A stretch of 64,000 nt of DNA from the human T2T-CHM13v2.0 reference genome, Homo sapiens: assembly GCF_009914755.1 (NCBI RefSeq), contig NC_060936.1; one strand, 5' to 3'. Each line of letters starts with the position of its first letter. Within the stretch, counting starts at the first letter, position 1. Positions 46,501-60,860 of the stretch are shown piece by piece. The position numbers and the translations under genes are program-made. Under the pieces are notes generated by a model, which saw nothing but the letters and a program-made list of their open reading frames with translations, made no database searches and had not been told where the DNA came from.

Positions 46501-48334
46501 ATATTAAATAGAGATATATGGCTCTCTAAGAGGGAACAGACATTGTGTTATGGTCTATAAATGTTCTTAACCTGCTTCAGACTTTTAACTTATCAAGGTT
46601 CTTTATTTCAGAATAGGGTGTATAAGAAAATAATCTGTACTTTATCGAAAAGCTTCAATATATTGTGTTTCACCCATAAAAATTTATCTTAAACTGACCT
46701 TGAGAAGCTTTCTAAGAGAGAGCTTTTTTTGTTGTTGTTTCTTTTAAGGTGAAATCTTCCACTCAAGAATTCTACCCAGGAGGATTAGAGATGGCTTTAT
46801 CTCTGTTATGTATGTAGAGATTCCTATTGTTGGGTAAATTTTCTAGTCTGTTTTATGCCAGATCCTTGTCTCTCAATTTACCACTCTAATAGTATTTTCT
46901 CATTCAGCATACATTTAAGAGGAAAATGATGTATATTTGCATATATTAAATTACTGTCATCCTTTCTTAGATTTATATCTCTAAGTGTTTTCATTTTAAA
47001 AACAAGTAATTTAGGCCTTTCAAATAGCATCCAAAACAAATTAAGGATTGCAAAACTTGAATTTCAACGTAAGCCTTGAAAAAATGTGAGGTTCAATAGT
47101 TATCTGGTTTTAATATGTCTTTTTGGTTTCTCTGTTGACTGATATATTCCTGCCTAAAATTTTGATCCAAATTTAATATCTCTTGTTACACAAGATTTAT
47201 GTAAAAAGTAAATTCAGTTGCTTTCAAATTCATTTTGTGTCTCAGTGAAAACAGAATTTACTAATTGCAAATCTTCTGGAAAGCATTGTTTTTTCCTGCC
47301 TCTAATTGTACCTTTAAAACTTCAGTCCATAATTTATTCTTTTAAAGAAAAGTACAATTTATAGTATAGTTGTTAAGATTGTTTAGTAAAGCAAATATGT
47401 TGGTAAAATAAGCAACTTTTTAAAAATCTGAAATTATCACCAAGATGAAATTACAGAATTTATAAAAATCTCCTCTATCATGAATTACTTTCTACTGAAA
47501 CAATTCCTAATAACTTATTTTCACAAAGACTTAAGAATTATTCTAGTTGTAATAGTCCTTCATAAAAGTTACTGGGACTTAAAGTCTTCATTTTGTAAGA
47601 ACAACATTTTAGTGCTGGAACATTGGCTGACTCCCTCCCACAAGATCAATGTTGTATGAAAAATGGAAAACACTCAAAATAGAGAAAACCTCACAAAGCT
47701 TATGGGGTTCTGTTTTGAACTAGTGTATGTGTTTCGTGTCAGGGGATGGGGAGGAAGGGCAGAGAATAAAATTTTTAGCATGGGGCATGGCAATGTTGTA
47801 GAAAGGTAAAGTAGAAAATAACTCTTGGGATTAAGTTTCTGCCATTGCCTTGGAGAGAACAAATGTGTGCCCCCACACCGGCCATGATTTAGAGCACCAG
47901 TCAGGAGTTTATCAGGAGTAAAATGTGGAGCCGTATGCATTTGAGAATTTGAGTAAAACAGGTGAAAATAACTAAATTTAGGCAGTGTTTTCACACCACT
48001 TTTTTTCTAAACTTTCTGGACTGATGAATTATATTCTAAAAAGGCTCTCCTCCTAATGGTCTTTGGTAGGGGTGGGGGTGAAGGCAAAACCTTTTCTGAT
48101 TTTAGGAAGTGAAAAGGGAATTCCTGTGGTTTTCTGGTAACTCCAAATATTCATCCTAGAGCTCATTTCAGCTCTTCAGAGCCATCCTGGTCTTTCCAAA
48201 TTGTCTGCAAATAGCTGATATACTCACAGGCAAATAAATACGTTTACTGGGTAAAATAAAATAAAATAAAACCAAACTTCTCCCAACACAACTGCTTAAA
48301 CAAACTGTTCTTACTGTGAAGAAGCTAATCTTGA

Positions 48335-48670
<336 letters not shown>

Positions 48671-49285
48671 ACCCAAACATTTTTATCTTCCCTCTGTAGA
48701 ATTATCTATAATTGCTGCTCCAGGGGAATGTTATAAAGTTTATCAGCAACAGTAAAAGGAGCACATTATTCATAGAAAGCTGTTATGAGAAGAAAAGATA
48801 TAGTAGGAATCAAAACTTTTTAGCTGAAGCAACACTCCCAAAACATGCCAACCATGAATCAGAGGAAAACTGATACACAACATCAACATAAATTAAACTT
48901 AATTGAATCAATTGTTAGAGATAAGATACACCACAATGAAGTAGAAATTCAAACTACTGAATTTTAAGTAGAAATTCTGAAAGTAGAAATGAAAAATACA
49001 TTATTTACCAGATTAATTGAAGAAAAATAAAAAGTCAAATCTGAAGTGAATATTAAAATAATAAATGGTCATGGGAGAATAAACATGATTGAATGTACAG
49101 TGATAGAGATGATACATGCAAAAAACAGCAAAAATAAAATTTGAAAATATAGATTAAAATATGAATAAAAGATATAGATCTGGAAGGCAGGCACGGGAGA
49201 TCTAACATACCTATAATTGGAATTTGAATATGTAAAAATAAAACAAAATAGTACAAAAAAGCTAAACGTTTTTAAATGTTCTGAA

Positions 49286-49602
<317 letters not shown>

Positions 49603-49888
49603 CTATACAAAAAATGAACAAAAATAACAACAAAAAACACAAAGGCCAACCAAATCATTTTTTAAAGAAAAATAATTGGCATCAAAATTTCCAATATTGT
49701 GTGGAGCAATATTTTTAAGTTACTGGGAAAAAATAGTCTAAGCAAAGCATTTTCTTTTGGATAAATTGATTTTCGAGTATCAGAGCTAATAAAAACTGAC
49801 TTAAACATTAAAAAATACAGAAACTATTTTAGTAGAAGAATAAATAAACATAGGGGACAAAGAGAAAATAAAAAATACAATGGTTAAC

Positions 49889-50128
49889 GTTCTCACAAGT
49901 GGGAGCTGAGCAATAAGAACACATGGACACAGGGAGGGGAAAAACACACACTGGGGCCTGTCATGGGGGGCGGGGGAGGAAGGGCATCAGGATACATAGC
50001 TAATGCATGAGGGGCTTAATACCTAGGTGATGGGTTGATCTGTGCAGCAAACCACCATGGCACACGTTTACCTATGTAACAAACATGCGCATTCTGCACA
50101 AGTATCCCAGAACTTAAGGTATAATAAA
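49889..50128 (+). mobile_element. Older L1PA (PA12-16-like) 3'UTR
   Basis: gagcaataagaacacatggacacagggagggg...cttaatacctaggtgatgggttgatc...cccagaacttaa. Confidence 0.88.
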
Positions 50129-50592
50129 ATTTTTAAAAATTTGTAGAGAAGCTATTTTACTTATGAGCCAACCTGAAATATTTACTGGTGGACAAGCATC
50201 ATCCCACCAAAACATGATAGGAGAAATTTCAAAAAAATTATTTTTCAAGGAAAAATTCTAATGGAAGCACCTAGAAATAAAGCCACATTACTAACAATGA
50301 GCCTAACTAGTGAAAATCTTCTGAATATCACTCACAACAGAAGGAATAAGGAAAGCTTGAAGAAATGGCTAATTCTGAGTCTGGAGAGGTATGAGTATGA
50401 GATATTCTCAGCCAGAGTATGAGAAGTATGAGATATTCTGAGCCAGAAAGTAGGGAAGATATCAAATATTAATGTACACAAAAGCTAGTTGTATGAAGAA
50501 AATTTAACCAAATTTGGAACAAGTTTAGCTTAAAAGAAGGAAAGTAATATTGTAATTGGTATGTATTAAGTATTTAAATATGGACTTTGTGG

Positions 50593-50660
50593 TGTGTGTG
50601 TGAGAGAGAGAGAGAAAGAGAGAGACAGAGACAGAGAGAGAGAGAGAGAGAGAAAGAGAA
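50593..50660. repeat. (TG)n/(GA)n compound microsatellite
   Basis: Direct reading. Confidence 0.9.
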
Positions 50661-52279
50661 AAGAATCATATTCTAACATTCCCCAGGCAGGGATCACCAA
50701 AAGCTACTAAAACCATAAGACCATTAGGTGAAATGATATTGGGAAAAGATATTCACCAAGTACAAAAGTGTTACCCAAAATATGTATTGCAAAAGAGAGA
50801 ACAGTCCTTTACAATACAGACATTTGTCAATCACGATCTTTAAGTCACTAAGCTTAGCATCACTAATAATGGAGCAAGCTGATATATGTTTCCTGTTGTG
50901 ACATTTTCTGAAGTATATATTATCAACTACAAAGTATTTGTTCCAAGAATGCTCAATTTAAATCTGATCAAGTCTGCAGGCATATAATATCCAGTTTATA
51001 GGAAACAAAGGGCAATTTATTATAATACTACATTAATTGGAACCAAGAAGTGTGACTATTATGATATTTACAACTTACATTTAAATAATACAAGTATATG
51101 TAGGCAAGACAGAAAACACAATTTTGGTTTAGTTATTGAATCTAGGTAAAGGGTAAATAGATGTTTCTATATTATTCTTACAACTTTAAACATTTTTTAT
51201 ACTAAAAAGTTATGGGAGAAACTCAGGTTCAAATTCCTTATAAAAAATTGAACCTCAGGTTCAAATTGCTTAACCAAAAATTATAAGGAAAACCCCACAA
51301 AAACAAAATACAATACTTGGAAACATTTTGGTAAGTTTTAAGATTTCACACACAAAGATAAAATTAAGGATACAGACAAAAAAAAATAAAGAAGAAAAAT
51401 TGGTTTATCCGAATTTTTAACATTTGATGCAAAGTGGCAATAGAGTCACATTTTCTAAGAAGGATGTTATTTGGAATTTCAGATGTAATACCAGTCATTG
51501 TGTAATTCAACTACAGTGTCATGATAAATTTAAAAAAAAAATTATATAAACTACTTGAAGAGAAAAAATCCAGGAGATGCTGCAAGATAAAAATAAAAGC
51601 AAGTGATCAAATAGCATTGCAAGTTTTGTTGTCGTAAAAATTTACAAGAGTAAGAGTGAGGTTGGAGTGGATGAGGAGACCAATAAATCAGAGTATGCTA
51701 AAATTCTTATGGCAGGTAGAAGCAGTAGATATTATTTTTAAAATAAGATAAAATGAAGGAATAATACAGAAAAGGTGGTACAATTTGAAATAATGAATTA
51801 GGGAAAATATTCAAGTAAACCAATGATTATAAAAAGCATCATTGGAGTAACTCAGAAATTAAAGGCAAATAACAGCAGATCGCATTAAGAAAAGAAAGAG
51901 ATCTGGACGTCTAGATGACAACAAGGAATATGTTCAATTCATAAGGAGATATTAGATCAATTATAAACATGTAAGAAATTTAAAGTTTCATATAAAGTAA
52001 ATATTATTGATACATCTAAAGAAAGAATTTGAGTATTTTACCATCATACCTCAAGATTTCAATATCACTCTCAATTATTGATAGATTATGGGGAAAAGAC
52101 AAAAATATGGAAAAGCTACCACCTAATAACACAATTAAGTCTTGATCTCATTGAGGGAGAATATATATACCTATGGGAGTATATATACATACTTCCATGT
52201 TTATATATACACACATACCTATATATGTGTATTTATATAGGTGTGTGTGTATATACATATATATAGAGAGAGAATAGCA

Positions 52280-53580
52280 CTTATTCAAACACTCATTAAA
52301 CATTAATAAAAACATATCAAATACTAGGCCTTAAAAAAGGCCATACAAATTCAAAAAATTTTTCAAAAAATACAAAACATAAAGACTGTGACTTCACCTT
52401 ATTGACAATTATGATAGAAGTTCATAGTGAAAATATAAATTAAAATTTTCACATTTTGGAGATTAAAAGGAAAATATATTGATAAGTAATTAATTCTTCA
52501 AAAAGGAGGTTGTAGAAATTAAGCAACCCTGAAACTGAATAAAAATGAAAACATTATTTACAAACTTACAGGCTACATTAAATATAATTTTTCTGCACTT
52601 TCCAATATGGTAGTCATCATCTATTCAAGTCTATTTAAATTTAAACTACTAAACTTATAAGTGCTCAATGTCACATGTGAAAAAGCAATCTATAAACTGG
52701 GGAAAAATACTTTAAAAAGTATATGTAATACATATTTTAACATAGACTAAAGAACTCTTACAGCTTAATAACAAAAGAACCAGTCTAGTTACAATAGAAA
52801 TAGTTCTGAACAGATGTTTTAGAAAAGAACTTATACAAATGCCCAATTAGTACATTAAAACGTATTCAATATAATTAATCATTTGGGAAATCTAAATTAA
52901 ACTACAAGGAGATACTACTATAAACTAGAATGGTTTAAAGAGATTGGCAATGACAAATGTTGGAAAGAATGTAAAAAATGGGAACTCTCATATATTGCTG
53001 GTATGAATTCCACATTATAATATACTTTGATCGTTTCTTCTAAAGGCACATGGACACTTACCACACAACCCAGCAATCTCACTCCAAGGTACACACCAAC
53101 ATAAATGAAAATATATGTCGAGTCAAAGATGTATACATGAATGTTAACAAAGACTTTTTCATAATGACCATAAGCTCTAAACCCAAATGCCTATCAACAA
53201 ATAAAAGGATAAACAAATTGTGGCATAAACCTACAAAACAAACAACTGTGCTTACTCACAACAAAAGCATTATGCTAAGTAAAAGAAGGCAAAAACAAAC
53301 AAAAAGAAATTCATGTACCATATAATCCCACTTATATAAAATTTGAATAAAGGAAAAATTAACAATCAATAGTTATTAGTGTTGAAATGGGTATATGGAG
53401 GGGATCTACTGCAAGAGGGTATGAGGTTACTTTTTAGGGTGATGGAAATATTCTGTATCTTGAATGCCATGGTAGTTATATGGATTTGTACATTTGTCTC
53501 TCAAAATTCACAATACAATTCACTTTACATTGATGAAATTTACTATGTGAAATATACGTCAATTAAGCTGATTATGAATT
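52280..53580 (+). mobile_element. Ancient L1ME-type ORF2/3'UTR remnants
   Basis: acaaatgttggaaagaatgt...ggaactctcatatattgctggt and ttagggtgatggaaatattctgtatcttga. Confidence 0.65.
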
Positions 53581-54416
53581 CCTAGGAAATAATAATTGTC
53601 ATAGTAGAACTTATAAAAGCTGCAGAATGTAGGAAAATCACAAGTACTTTGTGGAAAACTTATAGCATTAAATATTTATATTAAAAACTAGAAAGTATCA
53701 TAATGAAGGACCTCAAACATGCATCTAAAGAAATGTTAATGTACCAAGATATTCAGGACCTGGACCCAAAATTAAGCCAAATGGATCTGATAAACCTCTA
53801 CAGAACTGTCCGCCCCAAAACAATAGAATACACAGTCTTCTCATTGCCACATGGCATATACTCTAAATCAACCACACATTTCGACATAAAACAATCCTCA
53901 GCAAATGAAAAAGAATTTATATCATACCAAACACACTGTCAAACCACAGTGCAATAAAAATAAACATCACAACTAAAAAAAATATCATTCAAAACCATGC
54001 AATTACATGGAAATTAAACAGGCTGCTCCTGAATAACTTTTAGGTAAATAATGAAATTAAGACAGAAATCAAGAAGTTCTTTGAAACCAGTGAGAACAAA
54101 GATACAACATACCAGAATCTCTGGGACACAGCTAAGGTAGTGTTAAGAGGAAAATTTATAGCACTAAATACCTAAATCAAAAAGTTAGAAAAACCTCAAA
54201 TTAACAACCTAATATCACAGCTAAAAGAACTAGAGAAGCAAGAGCAAACCAACTCCAAAGCAACAGAAGACAATAAATACCAAAATCAGAGGAGAAATGA
54301 AGGAGATTGAGACATGAAAAACCATTCAAAAGAGCAACAAATCCATTTTTTTTTGTTTTTTTTCTTTTGTTTTAATATATCCTCGATGAACACACACGCA
54401 CACACAAAAAAACAAG

Positions 54417-54779
<363 letters not shown>

Positions 54780-55217
54780 CTAGAAAATATAAAAGAAATG
54801 GATAAATTTCCAGACACATACACCCTTCCAGAAGTGAACCAAGAAGAAATTAGTTCCCTGAACAGACCAATAACAAGCTCCAAAATTGAATCATTAATAT
54901 ATAGCCTGCCAACCAATAAAAGCTCAGGACCAGATGGACTCAAAGTCAAATTCGACCAGATGTATTCAAAGTTAAATTCTACCAGATGTAAGAGCTGGTA
55001 ACATTTCTACTAAATCTATTCCAAAAAAATTGAGGACAAGGGACTCCTCCCCAACACATTCTATGAGGCCAGCATCCTCCTGTTACCAAAACCTAGCAGA
55101 GTCACAAGAAAGAAAGAAAACTTTGAGGTTTTTCTAAGTTTTTAACGTAGGTTATTTATTTAAAACCAGACAATATCCTTGATGAATATTGATGCAAAAA
55201 TATTCAGCAAAATACTA

Positions 55218-55559
<342 letters not shown>

Positions 55560-56009
55560 TTAACCACCACGATTAAGTAGGCTTTATTCCTGGGATGTAA
55601 GGTTGGTTTGACATACACAAATCAATAGATATGATTCATCACAGAAACAAAGCTAAAGACAAAACCACATGATTATCTCAATAGATGCAGAAAAGGCTTT
55701 TTATAAAACTCAACATCCTTTCATCTTAAAAACCCTCGGTAAACTAGATACTGAAAGAACCAATTTTAAAATAATAAGCACCATCTATGACAGTTGACAC
55801 CCAACATCATACTGAATGGGCAAAAACTGGAAGCATTGCCTTTGAAAACCTTCACAAGACAAAGATGCCCTCTCTCAGCACTTCTATTCAACGTAGTATT
55901 GCAAGTCCTGGCCACAGCAATCAGGCAAGCCAAAGAAATAAAGTGCATCCAAATAGGAAGAGATGAAATCAAACTATTCCTGTTTGCAGATGACAAACCT
56001 ACACTGACT

Positions 56010-56624
56010 TTTTAAAAAAATTGCTGATACATAATTGTATATATTTATGGGATGCAAGTGATATTTTGAGACCTGAATACAATGTATAATGATCCAATCA
56101 AAGTATTTAGGATATACATCACCTCAAACATTTATCTTTTTTTATGTGTTTGGGACATTGCTAATCATCTGTTCTAGCTATTTCAAAATATACAGTATAG
56201 TGTTGCTAACTATAGTCACCCTACTGTGCTATCAATGCTAGAACTTATTTCTACTATCTAAGTGTACGTCTGTACCCATTAACCAACCTCTCTTTTTTTC
56301 CTCCCCCCAGCGTTTCCCAGCTTCTGGTAACCATCATTCTACTCTCAACCTCCATGGGATCAATTTTTTGATTCCCATTATGAGTGAGAACATGTAATAT
56401 TAATCTTTCTGTCTTATTTCGTGTCTGCCTGGCTTATTTCACCTAATATAATGACTTCCAGCTCTATTCATACTGCTCCAAATGACAGGATTTTATTCTG
56501 ATTTCATTTCGTTTCGGTAAATATCTAGTAGTGAGATTGCTGGAAAGTATGGTAGTTCTATCTGAGAAACCACCATAATGTTTTTCATAATGGCTGTACT
56601 AATTTACTTTCCTACTAACAGCAC
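56010..56624 (-). mobile_element. L1MA 3' end, antisense
   Basis: gatacataattgtatatatttatggg...aactatagtcaccctactgtgct. TSD-like cctacactg at about 55998 and 56625. Confidence 0.85.
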
Positions 56625-56899
56625 CCTACACTGGTACTTCTTACACAGAAGTAAAGCTTTAAAAATTTTTAGTTATCAATTAGTCATGACATAGTAAATA
56701 TGTGTCAATATAACCAAATCTATATTTTAAATTACCCTTAAATCCTCAATTTTTATATGAAGACAAGAGTATTCTCTCTCACCTAGCCTCTCTCTGTAAA
56801 AGCACCTGCATGGATTTTTACTGGAATAGTCAATTTGGGTGCTTACATATTCCAAGGAGTGAATTAGAATTCAAATGAGATATAACACAAAGTTACAGA

Positions 56900-57270
56900 C
56901 ACAAATCCATGAACAAAATTTTAATAACTCAAGCTCAAGAAGGTTTATTTCTTGCTCACTTTTCAGTTTAAGCAGCTAATGCCAATCTTGAAGTAATTAG
57001 GAGACTCAGGATTCTTCCGTCTTCATTCTACTTTACGGGAGAGCCTTACTGTCATTTCCATCATCCAGTCACTTGAACGGGAGAGAAAGGGTGGAGCAGC
57101 CCCACCCATCTTTTTAACCCTTGTCCCAGATACGACATGTAGCACTTCCACTGCATTGCACTGGCTAGGTCTCAGAGACATGTTTACGTTTAACTGCAAG
57201 GAAGCCTGGGACTTGTAGTCAAATTGTGTGGCCCCCCACCCCCAAAAAAAGAGCAAATAGATTTCAGTAA
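56900..57270 (-). mobile_element. Ancient MaLR/ERVL-type LTR remnant (MLT1-like)
   Basis: gtttatttcttgctcac...cacttccactgcattgcactggctagg...aactgcaaggaagcctggga...tgtagtc. Confidence 0.5.
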
Positions 57271-59299
57271 ATGGCAGTTTCTGGTATAGAAATTCATTCC
57301 AGTTTGTATTTTAACATTTGAACTGTTAAGTGAAAAAGCTGAGTTCTTCTGGGGAAAAATACATATGGCATAGTGTCATAAAAAAGATGAACAAAGAATC
57401 ATCATGCTTGCGTCCTCGATACCTCTGCCTTTAACAAATGAGTAAATAGACAAACTATTAAACTTCTGTAAAATTGCATTTTGAGCAATTTTCTGACTGG
57501 ATTATTTCTAAGATTAGCTACAGCTTTAAAATGCTATGATTATACTTCTGACAGTTTCCGAGGAGTTGAGCGAGGCTTAAATGTACAAAACTCCAGCAAA
57601 CTGAAAAAGTGAAAAGCATATTCTGAAATAAATATTAAGGTTCATATGGATGATTTTCATTACATATCAGAGTTAACTTATTCTTTCTGTAGAAATTAAA
57701 GTGACAGTAATTGGGTAACTATATGATATACCAATTTATTTAAATCACTTTTTATATTTTATATTTTTAAAACACTATGTGCTGACACTACTATTTCTGG
57801 CACATAGCAGGCACCCTATAAGCATGTGCTGAATTAATAATGATGAATAAATGGACAAAATGAATTCAAATAAAATTTAGGTATTATAGCCTGTATTCGT
57901 TATAAAAATATTTCCTAGACATCATCTCCATGGTTAATTGAAAAACATATTGAAAAGTCTCCTATAAAATTTAATACTTAAAAGGCAGTGCTCTCTGACA
58001 TTTTCTTCAGGGCATGTTTTAAATGAAATTTAGATTGGTCTAATAATTAAACTAACTCTAACAAAAATCAAAGAAATGTACTTCTACAACTGAGACTGGT
58101 AAATGCATAGATATTATGTAGTTCAAATGAAAAAGACTACATTTTCCCACAACATATTACATACCAAAATTGATATTTTTGGAGGAATTTCCTAAGGGAA
58201 AGAACTAAAGAAGGAAATGTAATGTTGAAATATTGGGCCTATTTTCATTCATTATTTAACTTAAACCTAAAAATATAGTAGCAATAGAGTGGTAGATAAG
58301 TGAGAGGACTTTGATTCTAAAGCTGGCATAAAGCTTCAAAACACTATGAAACAATTGCCACATTTCCTATTCTCGATTATAACTATCATCCTGCTCCTAC
58401 ACCAGCTTAAGGCAGTTTTCCTTTCTTCAGTGCTTCTGGGACAGAAAAATTTACTTATATTCATGTAAATGCAGGCAAATTCCCTCCACAATTTTATATT
58501 TTTACATAATTAATTCTCACCTTTGTTTATTTGTCCAACAAATATTCATCAAGCATTTCCTTTGGGTCAGGCACAGCTCTAGGTCTGAGTACATACTGGT
58601 GAGATAAAGACACACAGTTCCTGTCCTTTTTCAATTTGTACTAAAATAATATAGTATGGACCAGTATGTACTCTTTATCTCACCAGTATCCTCAATTATA
58701 AATGCTGCACCACTGTATTTGCTGAGTTAAAAGATTGAATAATTTGCCATTCACCAATTATAGAAAAGCAAAACATTCAAAAACTAAAATTAATATAGAG
58801 ATTGATTTCATGTAAAAAGATAAATGAAGTTAGATAAAGTAGGGTTCAAATCCTATTTCCTTTTTCTTTTATTATCCACAAGTGTGTGGAAATGCTAGAA
58901 AAATGTCATAGAATATCTTAAATATATCTAAAAATCAAAAATAGCTACTTTGGAAGGTAGATATTATACATTAATTCATTTATTCATTCTGCAAATATTT
59001 ATTCTCACCTTGGGACAAACATGCACAGATTTAAAATATAGATCAAGGGCCTGGGTTCATAGTAAATGTTCTATAGTGGTCACTAGTGTTAGACTCACTT
59101 ATAGAGCCTTAAGTTCACATAAGAGTAGTCAATGATGTTTCACATAAAGAAAATACAAATAGAAAAGCAGGACAACAGAACGATTTTATATCAGGTCCTC
59201 AAATAGCATTTGAGGAGCTTGTAGGAAGTGGACTGAATTGAGAAAAAATTAGTAAAATATTACTCTGGTAAAGTAGAGTGGCAGAAGTTTGATAACTAA

Positions 59300-59720
59300 G
59301 AACTTGTATGATATTCTATAGAACAATGCATAACAGATTTGTGTTATAGAAAATTATTCTAATAGCAACTAGAAGGTATACTGGAGATGAAACAATACTT
59401 GGATTAGAGAGATCATTTTCAAAGCATTTGAAGGCACACATCCATTTTCTCCATGTACCAGGCACAATGATAAGTGACATTGATGCATAAATGAAGAGAC
59501 GTCCACTTGTAAATCCAGCAGAGAAAGGATAAGGCTTGAAATGAAGTGGAAGAGGGAATAGTGAGTCATGGATTTGGGAAAACTTTAGGAGGTATAATTG
59601 ACAAGAACATATGACCAAGTACATGTGGGCTTTGAGGAACAGGGAAGCATCCAGGATGACTCTCAAGTTTCTGACTAAAGCAGCTGAGTAGGATAGAGGC
59701 AGCACAGGGCTGGTGAAGAG
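59300..59720 (-). mobile_element. L2 fragment
   Basis: ggatttgggaaaactttaggaggtataattgacaagaac...ggatgactctcaagtttctg. Confidence 0.55.
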
Positions 59721-60299
59721 TGTGATCTCTAGAGAAAAGATTGTTTGGGTTCAAATCCGGACTTCATGATTTTTTAGCTGACCATACCTTGGATAAGTAG
59801 CTCCTCCAATTATTAGCCATATGCCTGAGGTGGAACAGGGAAGACCTGAAGGTCAAAAAAGTAGAGAAATCCTCCCAGAACTTGATTGCTTTTCTGGAGG
59901 GAATTGAACATGTTTGCAGTTTAGGGTTAGTTTTCTTATTAAGAATATTATTTTTAGAAAGGTAGGTATAGACACAAGAATATATGTGGAAACCAGACAG
60001 CCAAGGAGTAATTGCATGAATATTTGATCGTTTGAGGTACCATCAATATTAAATCCTTCTTCTTTCCATTGGTAAAAGAGGGAATAACATGGACAATATT
60101 TGTTCTATTTTCTTCTATGGAAACTGAGAGCAATTGCACCTAATGGCAGCAAAGCTGTGTGCAAGTATGTAAAGCAGAGCCCTGGGTGTTGAATCTGAAT
60201 CTGAAGCAAATGATGTAAACACATTAAGATGGTTGGAATCATTAAAATTAGCTGTAACTAAATCCAGAGACAGAAATGCTTTAGCTGTTTGTTTATTTA

Positions 60300-60860
60300 G
60301 TAAGAACACTTATAATTCTTACTATGCTTCAGGTCCAGATCTAAGTGTTTTACAAATATTCACTTACTAGGAAATGTTTATTAGTCGTTGACACTCTTCA
60401 TCAAATACTCTGAACTCATGGTACAGTTGTACTCCCTGATAGCCTTCTGGTTGAGTGAAACCAAATAACCAGTTTTGGCCAATGAGTTAAGTGACAGTAG
60501 TTCCTTCTTTAGCCTGGTCATAGAAATGAGAATGACAAGACAAGGAGCTGTTACCTGCCAACCCATAATAAATATGTACCATGAGTATAAAATATACCTT
60601 TATTTAAAAATTGTTGAGATTTTGAAGAGTCGTTACCAAAAAGTAGCCTTCCCTAACCTAACCTGCCCAACACAAACCTTTATGAGGTAAATACTGTTAT
60701 TATTCCCATAGTATAGATGAGGAAACTAAGCCACGGAAAGGTTAAGTACCTTATACAAAGCCACAGAAAGGTTAAGTACCTTATACAAAGTAACATAAGA
60801 GTAAGCAGCAGACCCAAGATTCAAACCCAGTCACACTGGCTTTAGAGCTTAGACTATTAA
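60300..60860 (-). mobile_element. MIR split by an MLT1-like LTR fragment (about 60385-60660)
   Basis: cttactatgcttcagg...aagtgttttaca, then cttatgaggtaaatactgttattattcccatagtatagatgaggaaactaag...gattcaaacccag. Confidence 0.6.
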
